DNA from: Gemmatimonadales bacterium
GTDB lineage: Bacteria; Gemmatimonadota; Gemmatimonadetes; Gemmatimonadales; GWC2-71-9
DNA: 57,467 nucleotides
NCBI GenBank assembly: GCA_013694695.1
Contig: JACDBX010000045.1
Span: 1 to 57,467 of the forward strand
Reading direction: 5' to 3'
Below are positions 38,683-46,565 of the stretch, in pieces. The notes beneath the pieces were generated by a model. That model was not told the origin of the DNA and did no database searches. It was given only the letters and a program-made list of their open reading frames with translations. Made by a program: the position numbers and the translations under genes. Positions within the stretch are counted from its first letter, which is position 1. Each line of letters starts with the position of its first letter.

Positions 38683-38825
38683 CAGGCATCCGGAGCACGC
38701 TCGGGGGCGTCACCAGAGGCCTGCAGCGCTACGAGTCAGAGCGGCTCGCGGACCACTCGCTCGCACGGCTCTCCGAGGCGCCAGATCGGAGAGGTATGGA
38801 ACGCGCGAAACGCCCCATCACCTGA
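38642..38825 (-). ncRNA. candidate structured sRNA (about 180 nt), family unassigned
   Basis: Upstream TTGCGG-N16-TAGTTT, nested stems, own terminator, no convincing ORF. Confidence 0.45.
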
Positions 38826-38830
38826 CATCC

Positions 38831-38868
38831 AAACTATGGTCTCGGCGAAATCCCGCAAGTGCCTGATT
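38831..38868 (-). promoter_or_regulatory. sigma70-like promoter with overlapping IHF-like site
   Basis: -35 TTGCGG 38853-38858, -10 TAGTTT 38831-38836; AATCAGGCACTTG (38856-38868) fits WATCARNNNNTTR. Confidence 0.45.
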
Positions 38869-38954
38869 TTATTCGGGTTAGCTCACTTCTATGTGCACAC
38901 GTATGTGGATTTCAAGTGCTTTCTGCGGCAATGTTTACATGGGTTTTCAACGTC

Positions 38955-38986
38955 ATGTGGGAACTGTGTATCCACAGTTCCCACAT
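38955..38986. repeat. perfect 14-bp inverted repeat containing DnaA-box-like 9-mers
   Basis: ATGTGGGAACTGTG-TATC-CACAGTTCCCACAT. Confidence 0.85.
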
Positions 38987-39017
38987 CGCGTTTAGTTCCC
39001 GGAACGGCGGGATGAGC

Positions 39018-39590
39018 TCAGATCTGGATCGCCGACTTGTGCCCCTTGGGATCGAGCGGGATTCCCAGCGTCTTCATGAGCTCCTCCACGGTCATCTCGT
39101 AGCGAGCGGTCGCCTTCACTGCCAACGTACGGATCTTCAGCAGGCGGTCCCCGTGAGGTGACGCAGCCAGCGCGGACAATGCGTCGGTGTTGCACGTCGT
39201 CATGTCGCGCTGCAGCGTGAGCAGCGACCGGCGGAATTGTTCGAGCACGGCGTCGCCGCGCTCCTCACTGGTCGAGAAGCCGCCGATCCGCGCCTGAACC
39301 CAGCTTGCGCTGCGGGCGGCACGCTCACAATCGACCGCGAGCGAGCGGGCGCTCGACGTCAGCACCGCGCCACGACCAGCGAGGTGCGCACGCTCAAGGC
39401 GCTCGGAGGTGGACTGGACGACACGGAGGGTGTCGCGGAGGATGACCACCGCATCCTTGAGGTCCTTCTGTGCCGGGGAGAGCGTCTTTTCGGGCCAGAT
39501 GCCCGGCGGCGTGACCTGTCCGGCCAGGGGCCCGGCGACAAGGGGAGTGACCATCAGGGAGAGCATGAGTCCAGCGATCCGATAGCTCAC
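39018..39590 (-). CDS. hypothetical secreted helical protein
   Basis: Signal peptide ending LAG-Q; two Cys; GTGA overlap. Confidence 0.7.
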   Translation of the reverse strand: MSYRIAGLMLSLMVTPLVAGPLAGQVTPPGIWPEKTLSPAQKDLKDAVVILRDTLRVVQSTSERLERAHLAGRGAVLTSSARSLAVDCERAARSASWVQARIGGFSTSEERGDAVLEQFRRSLLTLQRDMTTCNTDALSALAASPHGDRLLKIRTLAVKATARYEMTVEELMKTLGIPLDPKGHKSAIQI

Positions 39591-40201
39591 GATTCCATTC
39601 CTGCTTCGATGTAGCGATATGAGGTTTCACCGGCATCATCGCCGATGAAAAGTGCGCCGCCAGCCGACGCTGCGAACCAGCCACCGATCAAACGGCGGGG
39701 TCCATCGAGTTCCTGCACGATCGGGGCGAGCCATCGCCGCAGGTGTCGCAACTCGGGAGCCCGCCGGCCCAGTTGGGCGAGAAGGGCGCCCGTGCCCGAC
39801 GTTACCCGTAAGAAATGCGCCAGGGCACTCGCGCGTTCCCGAAAGCCGATCGCCCGAACCCCGGGTTCGTCGACGAGGACCTCGCCGTCGACCGGTTCGA
39901 CACCCGGAATATCCATCCGCGGCCCGACGAAAACCCACCGCCGACCCTCGGGAAGCTTCCGCTCGACGACTGCCGCTGCGGTGTCGGCGGTGAGTCGGCC
40001 GGCGTGGAGGAGGTCCTCATCGGGCAGGAGTCCCACCACCCGGGTCCACTCCAGCGCCGAGATAGCCTGCTCGAACTGACAGCCGATCGTGTCGTCGAAG
40101 GCATGCAGCCGGGGCGCCTCGCCAGCCCTGAGGACGCAATGGGAAAGCGCCTCCGCCCGGTCGGTGAAGGTCCGAATCATGACTGACGTCGGAGTGATCA
40201 T
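39587..40201 (-). CDS. hypothetical protein with apparent internal duplication
   Basis: F.DRAEALSH.VLRAG versus F.ERASALAHFLRVTS; TATCTT 6 nt before the ATG. Confidence 0.7.
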   Translation of the reverse strand: MITPTSVMIRTFTDRAEALSHCVLRAGEAPRLHAFDDTIGCQFEQAISALEWTRVVGLLPDEDLLHAGRLTADTAAAVVERKLPEGRRWVFVGPRMDIPGVEPVDGEVLVDEPGVRAIGFRERASALAHFLRVTSGTGALLAQLGRRAPELRHLRRWLAPIVQELDGPRRLIGGWFAASAGGALFIGDDAGETSYRYIEAGMES

Positions 40202-40284
40202 TTCCCAAAGATAGCTGCCGGTGGCTGGTGGGGCACGCCCGGGAAACTTGCGTTCATGAGCCGGGCGACCGCATCGTTCACCCC

Positions 40285-41943
40285 GTGAATGACCTCCCCT
40301 CGATCCGCAATCGGGTCACCGGCGGCACGATCCTCCTCCTCCTCCTCGTCTTTGTGATGACCCTGATCGGGGTGCGCGGAATCAATTCGCTTGACCGCGA
40401 CGCGCAGAGGGAGCTGGGGGCGCTTCGCGAACGGACCATCCTGGCCCAGACCATGACCCGGGCCGCCGTCGACGCCGTCCGCACCGGCGATCTGCTCGCG
40501 TTCCTTCCCACCACCGGGAACCGCTCTCGTCTCGATTCGGCGGTCGCGACCATACGGGTTTCTGGCGAAGCCTACGCGAGATTCGACCCGACGCCGGCAG
40601 AGGTCGATGCGATCCGTACCGTCACCGACCTTGCCTCCAGTCTCGGCCTGGCCTCCCCCGGCGCAGTTGGCGCCAACGAAACGCGACGCTCGATCGTGGC
40701 CGATTCGCTGCTCACGGGAATGCAGCAGCTTGTCATGATCCAGGAGGGTGCCGCCGCCGAACGGGCCACAGCGCTCGCATCGGGAAGCGAGAAGCAGCGG
40801 ACCTGGATCTGGATCCTGTTCATGATCGCGCTGATCATCGGCATCTGGTCGGCGGTGACGACGGTGCGCAACGTGATCCTCCCGTTGCGCCGCCTGGTCG
40901 AGGCCACCGAACGAGTCGGCGCCGGTGACCTTCGACCCCTCGACCTGGGCCCGATGCCGCGGGAACTCGCCCTCCTTGCTGCGGCAGTGCGTCGCATGAG
41001 CGAAAGCCTGCGCGCCGTGGTGGGTAGCGTGGCCGAGGTGTCGGCAACGCTGACCGACAGGGCGTCGCAGCTCTCCAGTCGTTCGGAGCAGCTTTCAGAG
41101 AGCGCAACGCAGGTGTCCCGCGCGATCGGCGAGGTGTCGGCGAGCGCAGAGCGACAGGCCACGGGGATGCGCGAGAGCGACGAACTGCTGGGCGACCTGC
41201 GTGCCGCGGCCGCACGGAGCGCAGGCGCCGGCCAGCGCGTCGTCGCTGTGGCCGACGGCATCCGTCGCACTGCAGCACTCCATCAGGGCCATCTTGGTGC
41301 AGCGTCCGAGACATTGCTTGAGCTGCACGAGGTGGTGGAACGCACCACGTCGTCAGTCGATCGCCTCACCAAGGCGGCGGAGTCCGTTCTCGAGTTCGTG
41401 TCGCTCACCGGCCAGCTTGCGGCGCAGACAGAATTGCTTGCACTCAACGCGGCGATCGAGGCGGCGCGTGCGGGCGGTGCGGGCGAGGGATTCGCCGTGG
41501 TGGCCGGCGAGATTCGACAGCTCGCCGAGACCAGTGCGGAGGGTGCGCGGCGGATCGCAAAGACGGTCGCCACGCTCGACGAGCAGGTTCGACTGGTGGC
41601 GGCAACGGTGGGCGCGGGGAAGGAGCGGGTCGCGGGCGTCGAGGGTGTGGCGGGCGGCGTCACCCGCGCGCTGGCCGAGATCGTGGGCTCGGTGGAGGAG
41701 GTCAGCGCGGCGGCAGGCACGGTGGCCCGCGAGGCAGCTGCGCACCGTGAACTCGCGGATCGACTCGCAGCCACCGCTGCGGATGTCGCCCGGTCAGCGC
41801 AGATCAACGCCCACGCCGCCCAGGCAGTAACTGATTCGGCGGAAGAGCAGAGTTCCGCCACCGTCGAAATCACGACGGCGGCGACCACGCTCGTGGCCAC
41901 CGCCGATCGCCTCAACCAACTCGTGACGGGTTTCCGGGTCTAG
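40285..41943 (+). CDS. methyl-accepting chemotaxis protein
   Basis: Two TMs, HAMP domain, QTELLALNAAIEAARAG..GEGFAVVAGEIRQLA. Confidence 0.93.
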   Translation: MNDLPSIRNRVTGGTILLLLLVFVMTLIGVRGINSLDRDAQRELGALRERTILAQTMTRAAVDAVRTGDLLAFLPTTGNRSRLDSAVATIRVSGEAYARFDPTPAEVDAIRTVTDLASSLGLASPGAVGANETRRSIVADSLLTGMQQLVMIQEGAAAERATALASGSEKQRTWIWILFMIALIIGIWSAVTTVRNVILPLRRLVEATERVGAGDLRPLDLGPMPRELALLAAAVRRMSESLRAVVGSVAEVSATLTDRASQLSSRSEQLSESATQVSRAIGEVSASAERQATGMRESDELLGDLRAAAARSAGAGQRVVAVADGIRRTAALHQGHLGAASETLLELHEVVERTTSSVDRLTKAAESVLEFVSLTGQLAAQTELLALNAAIEAARAGGAGEGFAVVAGEIRQLAETSAEGARRIAKTVATLDEQVRLVAATVGAGKERVAGVEGVAGGVTRALAEIVGSVEEVSAAAGTVAREAAAHRELADRLAATAADVARSAQINAHAAQAVTDSAEEQSSATVEITTAATTLVATADRLNQLVTGFRV

Positions 41944-42566
41944 CGGCGCTTCGCGACCTTCGACACGGGCTTCCGCGCGGCAGGCTTGGCCTTCGGCTTC
42001 GCCGGCTTCGGCTTGGCCGCCGACTTGGCGGCCTTTGTTGCCATCGGCTTCGCGGCCTTCGGCTTGGTCGGCTTCGCGGGTTTTGCTGACCGGGACGGCG
42101 TCGCCGCCGTGGCGCCCTTCGTCCCCTTCACCGCCTTGGAAGTCCTGGGCGTAGTTGCAGCCTTCGGTGCCTTCGCGGCGTGTGTTTCCTTGTCCGGCTT
42201 GCCCGCGGCGGGCTTCGCCGGCGGAGGAGGGGCGGTCTTCGCCGGAATCGGCGGCCTGGCGGGGCGGGTCTCCTTGGGGGCTGCGGCCTTTGCGGCGGGA
42301 GCCGGCTTGGTCGGGGCCTTCACACCCCGCTTCTCCCCCGCGCCAACTTCGGCGAGGAGCCCGTCGACTTCCTCCTGCGTCAGCAGGTTTCGACGCACGC
42401 CGAAATGGAGGAGTTCCTCTGCCTCGGACGGGCGAAACTCCTCGAGGCCGGCGGCGGCCCGCACCAACGAAGCCATCGCCGACGCGACCGGACTGCGCAG
42501 CACCTGCGCGATGCCGGGGAGAGCTTCCATCAGGGACGAGATCTGCGGTGCCGCAAGTTCAGTCAT
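41940..42566 (-). CDS. protein with helical N-domain and AAKP-rich basic tail (PhaF/AlgP-like architecture)
   Basis: About 75 aa folded-looking N-terminus, then KPA/AAKP repeats. Confidence 0.72.
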   Translation of the reverse strand: MTELAAPQISSLMEALPGIAQVLRSPVASAMASLVRAAAGLEEFRPSEAEELLHFGVRRNLLTQEEVDGLLAEVGAGEKRGVKAPTKPAPAAKAAAPKETRPARPPIPAKTAPPPPAKPAAGKPDKETHAAKAPKAATTPRTSKAVKGTKGATAATPSRSAKPAKPTKPKAAKPMATKAAKSAAKPKPAKPKAKPAARKPVSKVAKRR

Positions 42567-42600
42567 GGGAAGCCCTTGGGGTTGGCCCAGCAAAAGGGCG

Positions 42601-42678
42601 AAGCTATCCGTCGGCGGGCGGCCGCGTCAAGGTCGCCGGTTGATAGCCCTTGACGCGCCGTCCATCTGGCGGTACCTA
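42601..42678. promoter_or_regulatory. back-to-back sigma70-like promoters
   Basis: Minus: TTGACG-N18-TAGCTT (42601-42630); plus: TTGACG-N17-TACCTA (42650-42678). Confidence 0.55.
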
Positions 42679-42736
42679 GAAAGGACGCGAAACGGGCCGG
42701 ATTCCCCGGTCCTGCAGCGTGGAAAGGACACCCGCC

Positions 42737-42973
42737 ATGGGACGTCGCCACGTCAAAGAGTTTCGCCCCGACGAGGCCCTGAGCCTCATCAGCGCCGATC
42801 GCGAGATCAAGGCCCTCAGCTGCCCGTCCTGCGGCAGCGACGCCATCGAGCGCACCCCGGGACGTTCGAAGACCAGCCTTCCCGCCGCCGGACGAGTCGT
42901 CCTGACGTGCGGTGCATGCGGCCGCCTGGTCTCGTACATCGACCGGGTCGAACGGTCGGTGGTGGCGCACTGA
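42737..42973 (+). CDS. small zinc-ribbon protein
   Basis: CPSCG ... CGACG; AAGGA SD. Confidence 0.65.
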   Translation: MGRRHVKEFRPDEALSLISADREIKALSCPSCGSDAIERTPGRSKTSLPAAGRVVLTCGACGRLVSYIDRVERSVVAH

Positions 42974-43035
42974 TCGTCGGGCGAACCTGACAACCGCTTG
43001 ACCACTGGCCGGGGGAGGACCATTGTCCGCCCCCA

Positions 43036-44220
43036 ATGAGCCAGACTGTCCAGGCGCGATCCGCCATCCCGATCGTGGTCGCCACCGTTTTTGTCGACGT
43101 AGTCGGCTTTGCGATGGTCCTGCCACTGCTCCCCAGCTATGCCGCCCGATTTGGCAGTTCGCCGTTCATGATCGGCGTGCTGGTCGCATCGTATTCAGCG
43201 ATGCAGTTCGTCTTCGCCCCACTTTGGGGGAGGGTCAGCGACCGGATAGGCCGCCGGCCGGTGCTCCTCCTCGGACTCGGGGGAAGTGTCGTTTCGTACC
43301 TGCTCTTCGCGATGTCCAACGGGTTCACGCTGCTGTTGATCTCCCGCCTGTTTGACGGTGGATCGGGCGCGACGATCAACGTGGCCCAGGCGTATCTCGC
43401 CGACGAGACATCACCGGAGCGGCGCACCCGGGCGATGGGGATCGTGGGCGCGGCGTTCGGCCTCGGCTTCATCGTGGGGCCGATACTCGGCGGTATCACG
43501 TCATCGATCGATCTCGCGCTGCCCGGCTACGCCGCCGCCGCGCTCACCGCGGCCAACATGGTGTTCGCGTGGATCAAGCTCCCCGAGTCCCACCATGCAT
43601 TGACCCCGCAACGGACCTCGCACGCCCCGCTGCCGTGGCGCGTCATCGGCCCGCCGGTTGCCGTTCTCTTCGCGGCGACCATCGCCTTCAGCGTCATGTA
43701 CGTCGTGTTTCCTCTTTTCGGCGAGCTTCGGTTCGGTGCGACGCGCAGCACGGTGAGCTACTGGTTCGCCTTCGTCGGCCTGGTGACGGCGATCGTGCAG
43801 GGCGGCCTCCTCGGACGACTCGTCGCACGCCTCGGCGAGACCCGGGTGGCCAGGATCGGCACTGCGATGCTTGCCGCGGGTTTCTTCCTGGTCCCGCTGG
43901 CGGGAGCAACGAGCCGACCCACCGTGTTGTTCTACGGCGTCCTGGCGCTGCTGGGGGCGGGGTTCGGGATGACCGGCCCGTCGATGATCGGCATGGTGTC
44001 ACGGTTCACCGATGCCGCCCGACAGGGACGGGTGCTCGGCGTCACCCAGAGCGCGTCGTCGATGGCCCGAATTGTCGGACCGATCGTCGCGGGGCTGATG
44101 ATGCAGTCGCGAGGTGCGGAGGCCGCGTTCCGGACATCAGCCGTGCTCGCAGCGACGGGCATGATCATCGCCATCGCAATGCGGCCCGCACATGACAAGG
44201 GAGCGGATGGCGCACGATGA
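43036..44220 (+). CDS. MFS transporter, TetA/DHA1-like
   Basis: GRVSDRIGRRPVL, GLGFIVGP.LGG, about 12 TMs. Confidence 0.92.
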   Translation: MSQTVQARSAIPIVVATVFVDVVGFAMVLPLLPSYAARFGSSPFMIGVLVASYSAMQFVFAPLWGRVSDRIGRRPVLLLGLGGSVVSYLLFAMSNGFTLLLISRLFDGGSGATINVAQAYLADETSPERRTRAMGIVGAAFGLGFIVGPILGGITSSIDLALPGYAAAALTAANMVFAWIKLPESHHALTPQRTSHAPLPWRVIGPPVAVLFAATIAFSVMYVVFPLFGELRFGATRSTVSYWFAFVGLVTAIVQGGLLGRLVARLGETRVARIGTAMLAAGFFLVPLAGATSRPTVLFYGVLALLGAGFGMTGPSMIGMVSRFTDAARQGRVLGVTQSASSMARIVGPIVAGLMMQSRGAEAAFRTSAVLAATGMIIAIAMRPAHDKGADGAR

Positions 44221-44238
44221 CCTGCGCGCCCCGCTCCC
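44199..44238. terminator. hairpin between convergent MFS and lepB genes
   Basis: GGGAGCGG/CCGCTCCC outer stem with GCGCA/TGCGC inner stem. Confidence 0.4.
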
Positions 44239-44265
44239 TCGCATCAATGCACCACCCGGGTCCGG

Positions 44266-44991
44266 TCAGTCCGGCGTGCTGAAAACCCGGTCCCAGCGCA
44301 CCTCGGTCAGGAAGGGAAAAGCCTTCCAGCTTTCCTGGTCATACGAGAAATAGACGAGGAGAGGGCGACCGCGGACATTGATCCGCGGGAGGAACCCCCA
44401 GTAGCGACCATCGTAGGAGCCATCGCGGTTGTCGCCCATCACGAAGAGCGATTCCGCAGGGACCACCACCGGGCCCCAGTCGTGCAAGTCGGGGGCGTAG
44501 CCGAGCGGAACAGGGCCGGCGTAATGTTCCACCTGCCACTCGCGCATCCGCGCACGCATCATCGGCTCCTCGCTGCGAAGCGGATCGCTGTTGATCGCGT
44601 ACGGCTCGGCCAACTCCTCGCCGTTGCGATACACGACCCCGCCCCGCATCGCCAGCGTGTCGCCCGGGATCCCGATCAGGCGCTTCACGATCTTGAGGTC
44701 CTCGGACCCCTCCTCCACCGAATCAAAGACGATGATGTCGCCCCGCGCCGGCTCGCGCACCGCCGGCAACCGCTTGTGGATGAACGGTACCTCGGCCCCG
44801 TACAAGAACTTGTTGACGAAGAGAAAATCACCAACGAGGAGGGTGTTCTGCATGCTCCCGGACGGAATCCGGAACGCCTCGAGCAGGAAGACGCGCAGCA
44901 CCTGCCAGACCACGAGCGCCACCGCGATCGACTTGGTCCATTCAAGAAGCCACCGCCCCAGCGACGAACCCCGCCCCGCCGTTTCTGCCAT
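44266..44991 (-). CDS. lepB: signal peptidase I
   Basis: IPSGSM..TL..GD, VKRLIG.PGD, MGDNRD.S.DGRYWG. Confidence 0.95.
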   Translation of the reverse strand: MAETAGRGSSLGRWLLEWTKSIAVALVVWQVLRVFLLEAFRIPSGSMQNTLLVGDFLFVNKFLYGAEVPFIHKRLPAVREPARGDIIVFDSVEEGSEDLKIVKRLIGIPGDTLAMRGGVVYRNGEELAEPYAINSDPLRSEEPMMRARMREWQVEHYAGPVPLGYAPDLHDWGPVVVPAESLFVMGDNRDGSYDGRYWGFLPRINVRGRPLLVYFSYDQESWKAFPFLTEVRWDRVFSTPD

Positions 44992-44993
44992 GA

Positions 44994-46064
44994 CTACTCC
45001 CTCCAGTCGGCGATGAAGAGGTTCGTCTCACCATCGATCGTGCCATGGCGGTTGGAGGCAAACACCAGGTGACGTCCATCCGGCGAAAACATCGGGAAGC
45101 CGTCGAAATCCGGTGAATGCGTCAGCCGCTCGATCGCAGTGCCATCGATCTTCACCATGTAGAGCTCGAACTCCCGGCCCCTGGGATCCTCGTGGTTCGA
45201 CGTGAAGATGATCCGCTTGCCGTCAGGATGGAAGAACGGCGCAAAGTTGGCCCGACCCAGCGATGTCACCCGGCGCGCATTGCTGCCGTCGGCGTTGGCG
45301 ACCCACAGCTCGAGCTGCGAGGGACGCACCAGCCGCTCGCCGAGCAGCTGCTGATAGTCGGCCGTGTCGGCGGCCGTCCCGGGATACTGCGCCCTCCAGA
45401 CGATCATCGAGCCATCGGGCGAGAAGAATGCGCCGCCGTCGTAGCCCACACGGTTGGTGATCCGGCGCACGTTGGTGCCATCGATGTTCATCACGTAGAG
45501 CTCGATGTCGCCATCACGGGTCGACGTGAAGATCACCTGCCTGCCATCGGGCGAAGCCGTGGCCTCCGCATTGTACGCGCCGTTGTTCGTGAGCTGACGC
45601 CGGTCGGTGCCGTCAGGTTTCACGGTATACAGCTCGAAATGTCCGATCGGCCAGACATACCCGAGCGATCGGTCGGGAGGTACGGGGCACCGCAGGTCGT
45701 GACCGTGGGTCGAGCTGTAGATCACGCGGCGATCACCGTCGATGAAGTAGCCGCAGGTCGTGCGCCCCTCGCCGTTGGAAATCCGACGCAGCCCCGATCC
45801 GTCGATCCGCATCACGTACTGCTGGTCGCAGCCCCGACCGACACTGTCCTGGCGCTGGAACGTCAGCCACTGGCCGTCGCGCGAGAAGTACGATTCGGCG
45901 TTGTTACCGCCAAATGTCAGCTGCCGGATGTTCGAAAGGTGGGTCTCACCGGGCATGGGCGCGTGGATGACCGCAGACGCGGGAGTGGACGATACCGGAC
46001 GGGCGGTCGTGCGGGCACATCCGGCGATGACGATGCCGATGAGGACAAGTGATACAGTACGAAT
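44994..46064 (-). CDS. TolB-like PD40-repeat lipoprotein
   Basis: NAESYFS.DG, YDGGAFFSPDG, FDGFPMFSPDG; lipobox IAGC; start proposed at ATT 46064 behind AGGAG. Confidence 0.85.
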   Translation of the reverse strand: MRTVSLVLIGIVIAGCARTTARPVSSTPASAVIHAPMPGETHLSNIRQLTFGGNNAESYFSRDGQWLTFQRQDSVGRGCDQQYVMRIDGSGLRRISNGEGRTTCGYFIDGDRRVIYSSTHGHDLRCPVPPDRSLGYVWPIGHFELYTVKPDGTDRRQLTNNGAYNAEATASPDGRQVIFTSTRDGDIELYVMNIDGTNVRRITNRVGYDGGAFFSPDGSMIVWRAQYPGTAADTADYQQLLGERLVRPSQLELWVANADGSNARRVTSLGRANFAPFFHPDGKRIIFTSNHEDPRGREFELYMVKIDGTAIERLTHSPDFDGFPMFSPDGRHLVFASNRHGTIDGETNLFIADWRE

Positions 46065-46090
46065 GGCGATTCTCTCCTGAGCGGTGGCGG

Positions 46091-46549
46091 TCAGCGTTCG
46101 AGCACCGCCAGCACCTCGGCAGCGTGTCCCTTCGGCTTGACCTTCTCGAACACGTGCTGCACGACACCCTGCGCGTCGATCACGAACGTGTTGCGGATGA
46201 TTCCCTGGTACTTGCGGCCGTACATCGACTTCTCGCCCCACGACCCGTACGCCTCGGCGACGGTGTGGTCCTCGTCGGCCAGGAGCGGGAACGGCAAGTT
46301 GAACTTGTCGCGAAACTTCCCGTGCGACGCGAGGCCATCGGGCGACACGCCGAGGATCGTCGCTCCGCTCGCCTGCACAGCCGCCCACGAATCGCGAAAC
46401 TCGCACGCCTGGGTGGTACAACCGGAGGTGTCGTCCTTCGGGTAGAAGTAGACAACAACCGGCGTGCCGCGCAGCTCGCCGAGACTGACTGTTCCGCCAT
46501 CGGACGACGGAAGCGTGAAATCTGGGGCCATCATGCCTGCCTTGAGCAT
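46091..46549 (-). CDS. bcp: thioredoxin-dependent thiol peroxidase (BCP)
   Basis: YFYPKDDTSGCTTQAC, GVSPD, FPLLAD. Confidence 0.94.
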   Translation of the reverse strand: MLKAGMMAPDFTLPSSDGGTVSLGELRGTPVVVYFYPKDDTSGCTTQACEFRDSWAAVQASGATILGVSPDGLASHGKFRDKFNLPFPLLADEDHTVAEAYGSWGEKSMYGRKYQGIIRNTFVIDAQGVVQHVFEKVKPKGHAAEVLAVLER

Positions 46550-46565
46550 CCGTATCTCTCCGGAG

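Noticed and set aside
38880-38945. dif site in the AT-rich patch
   Set aside because: No match to the XerD arm TTATGTTAAA or the XerC arm on either strand
40333-40348. (CTC)n run as a contingency locus
   Set aside because: In-frame poly-Leu of the MCP transmembrane helix
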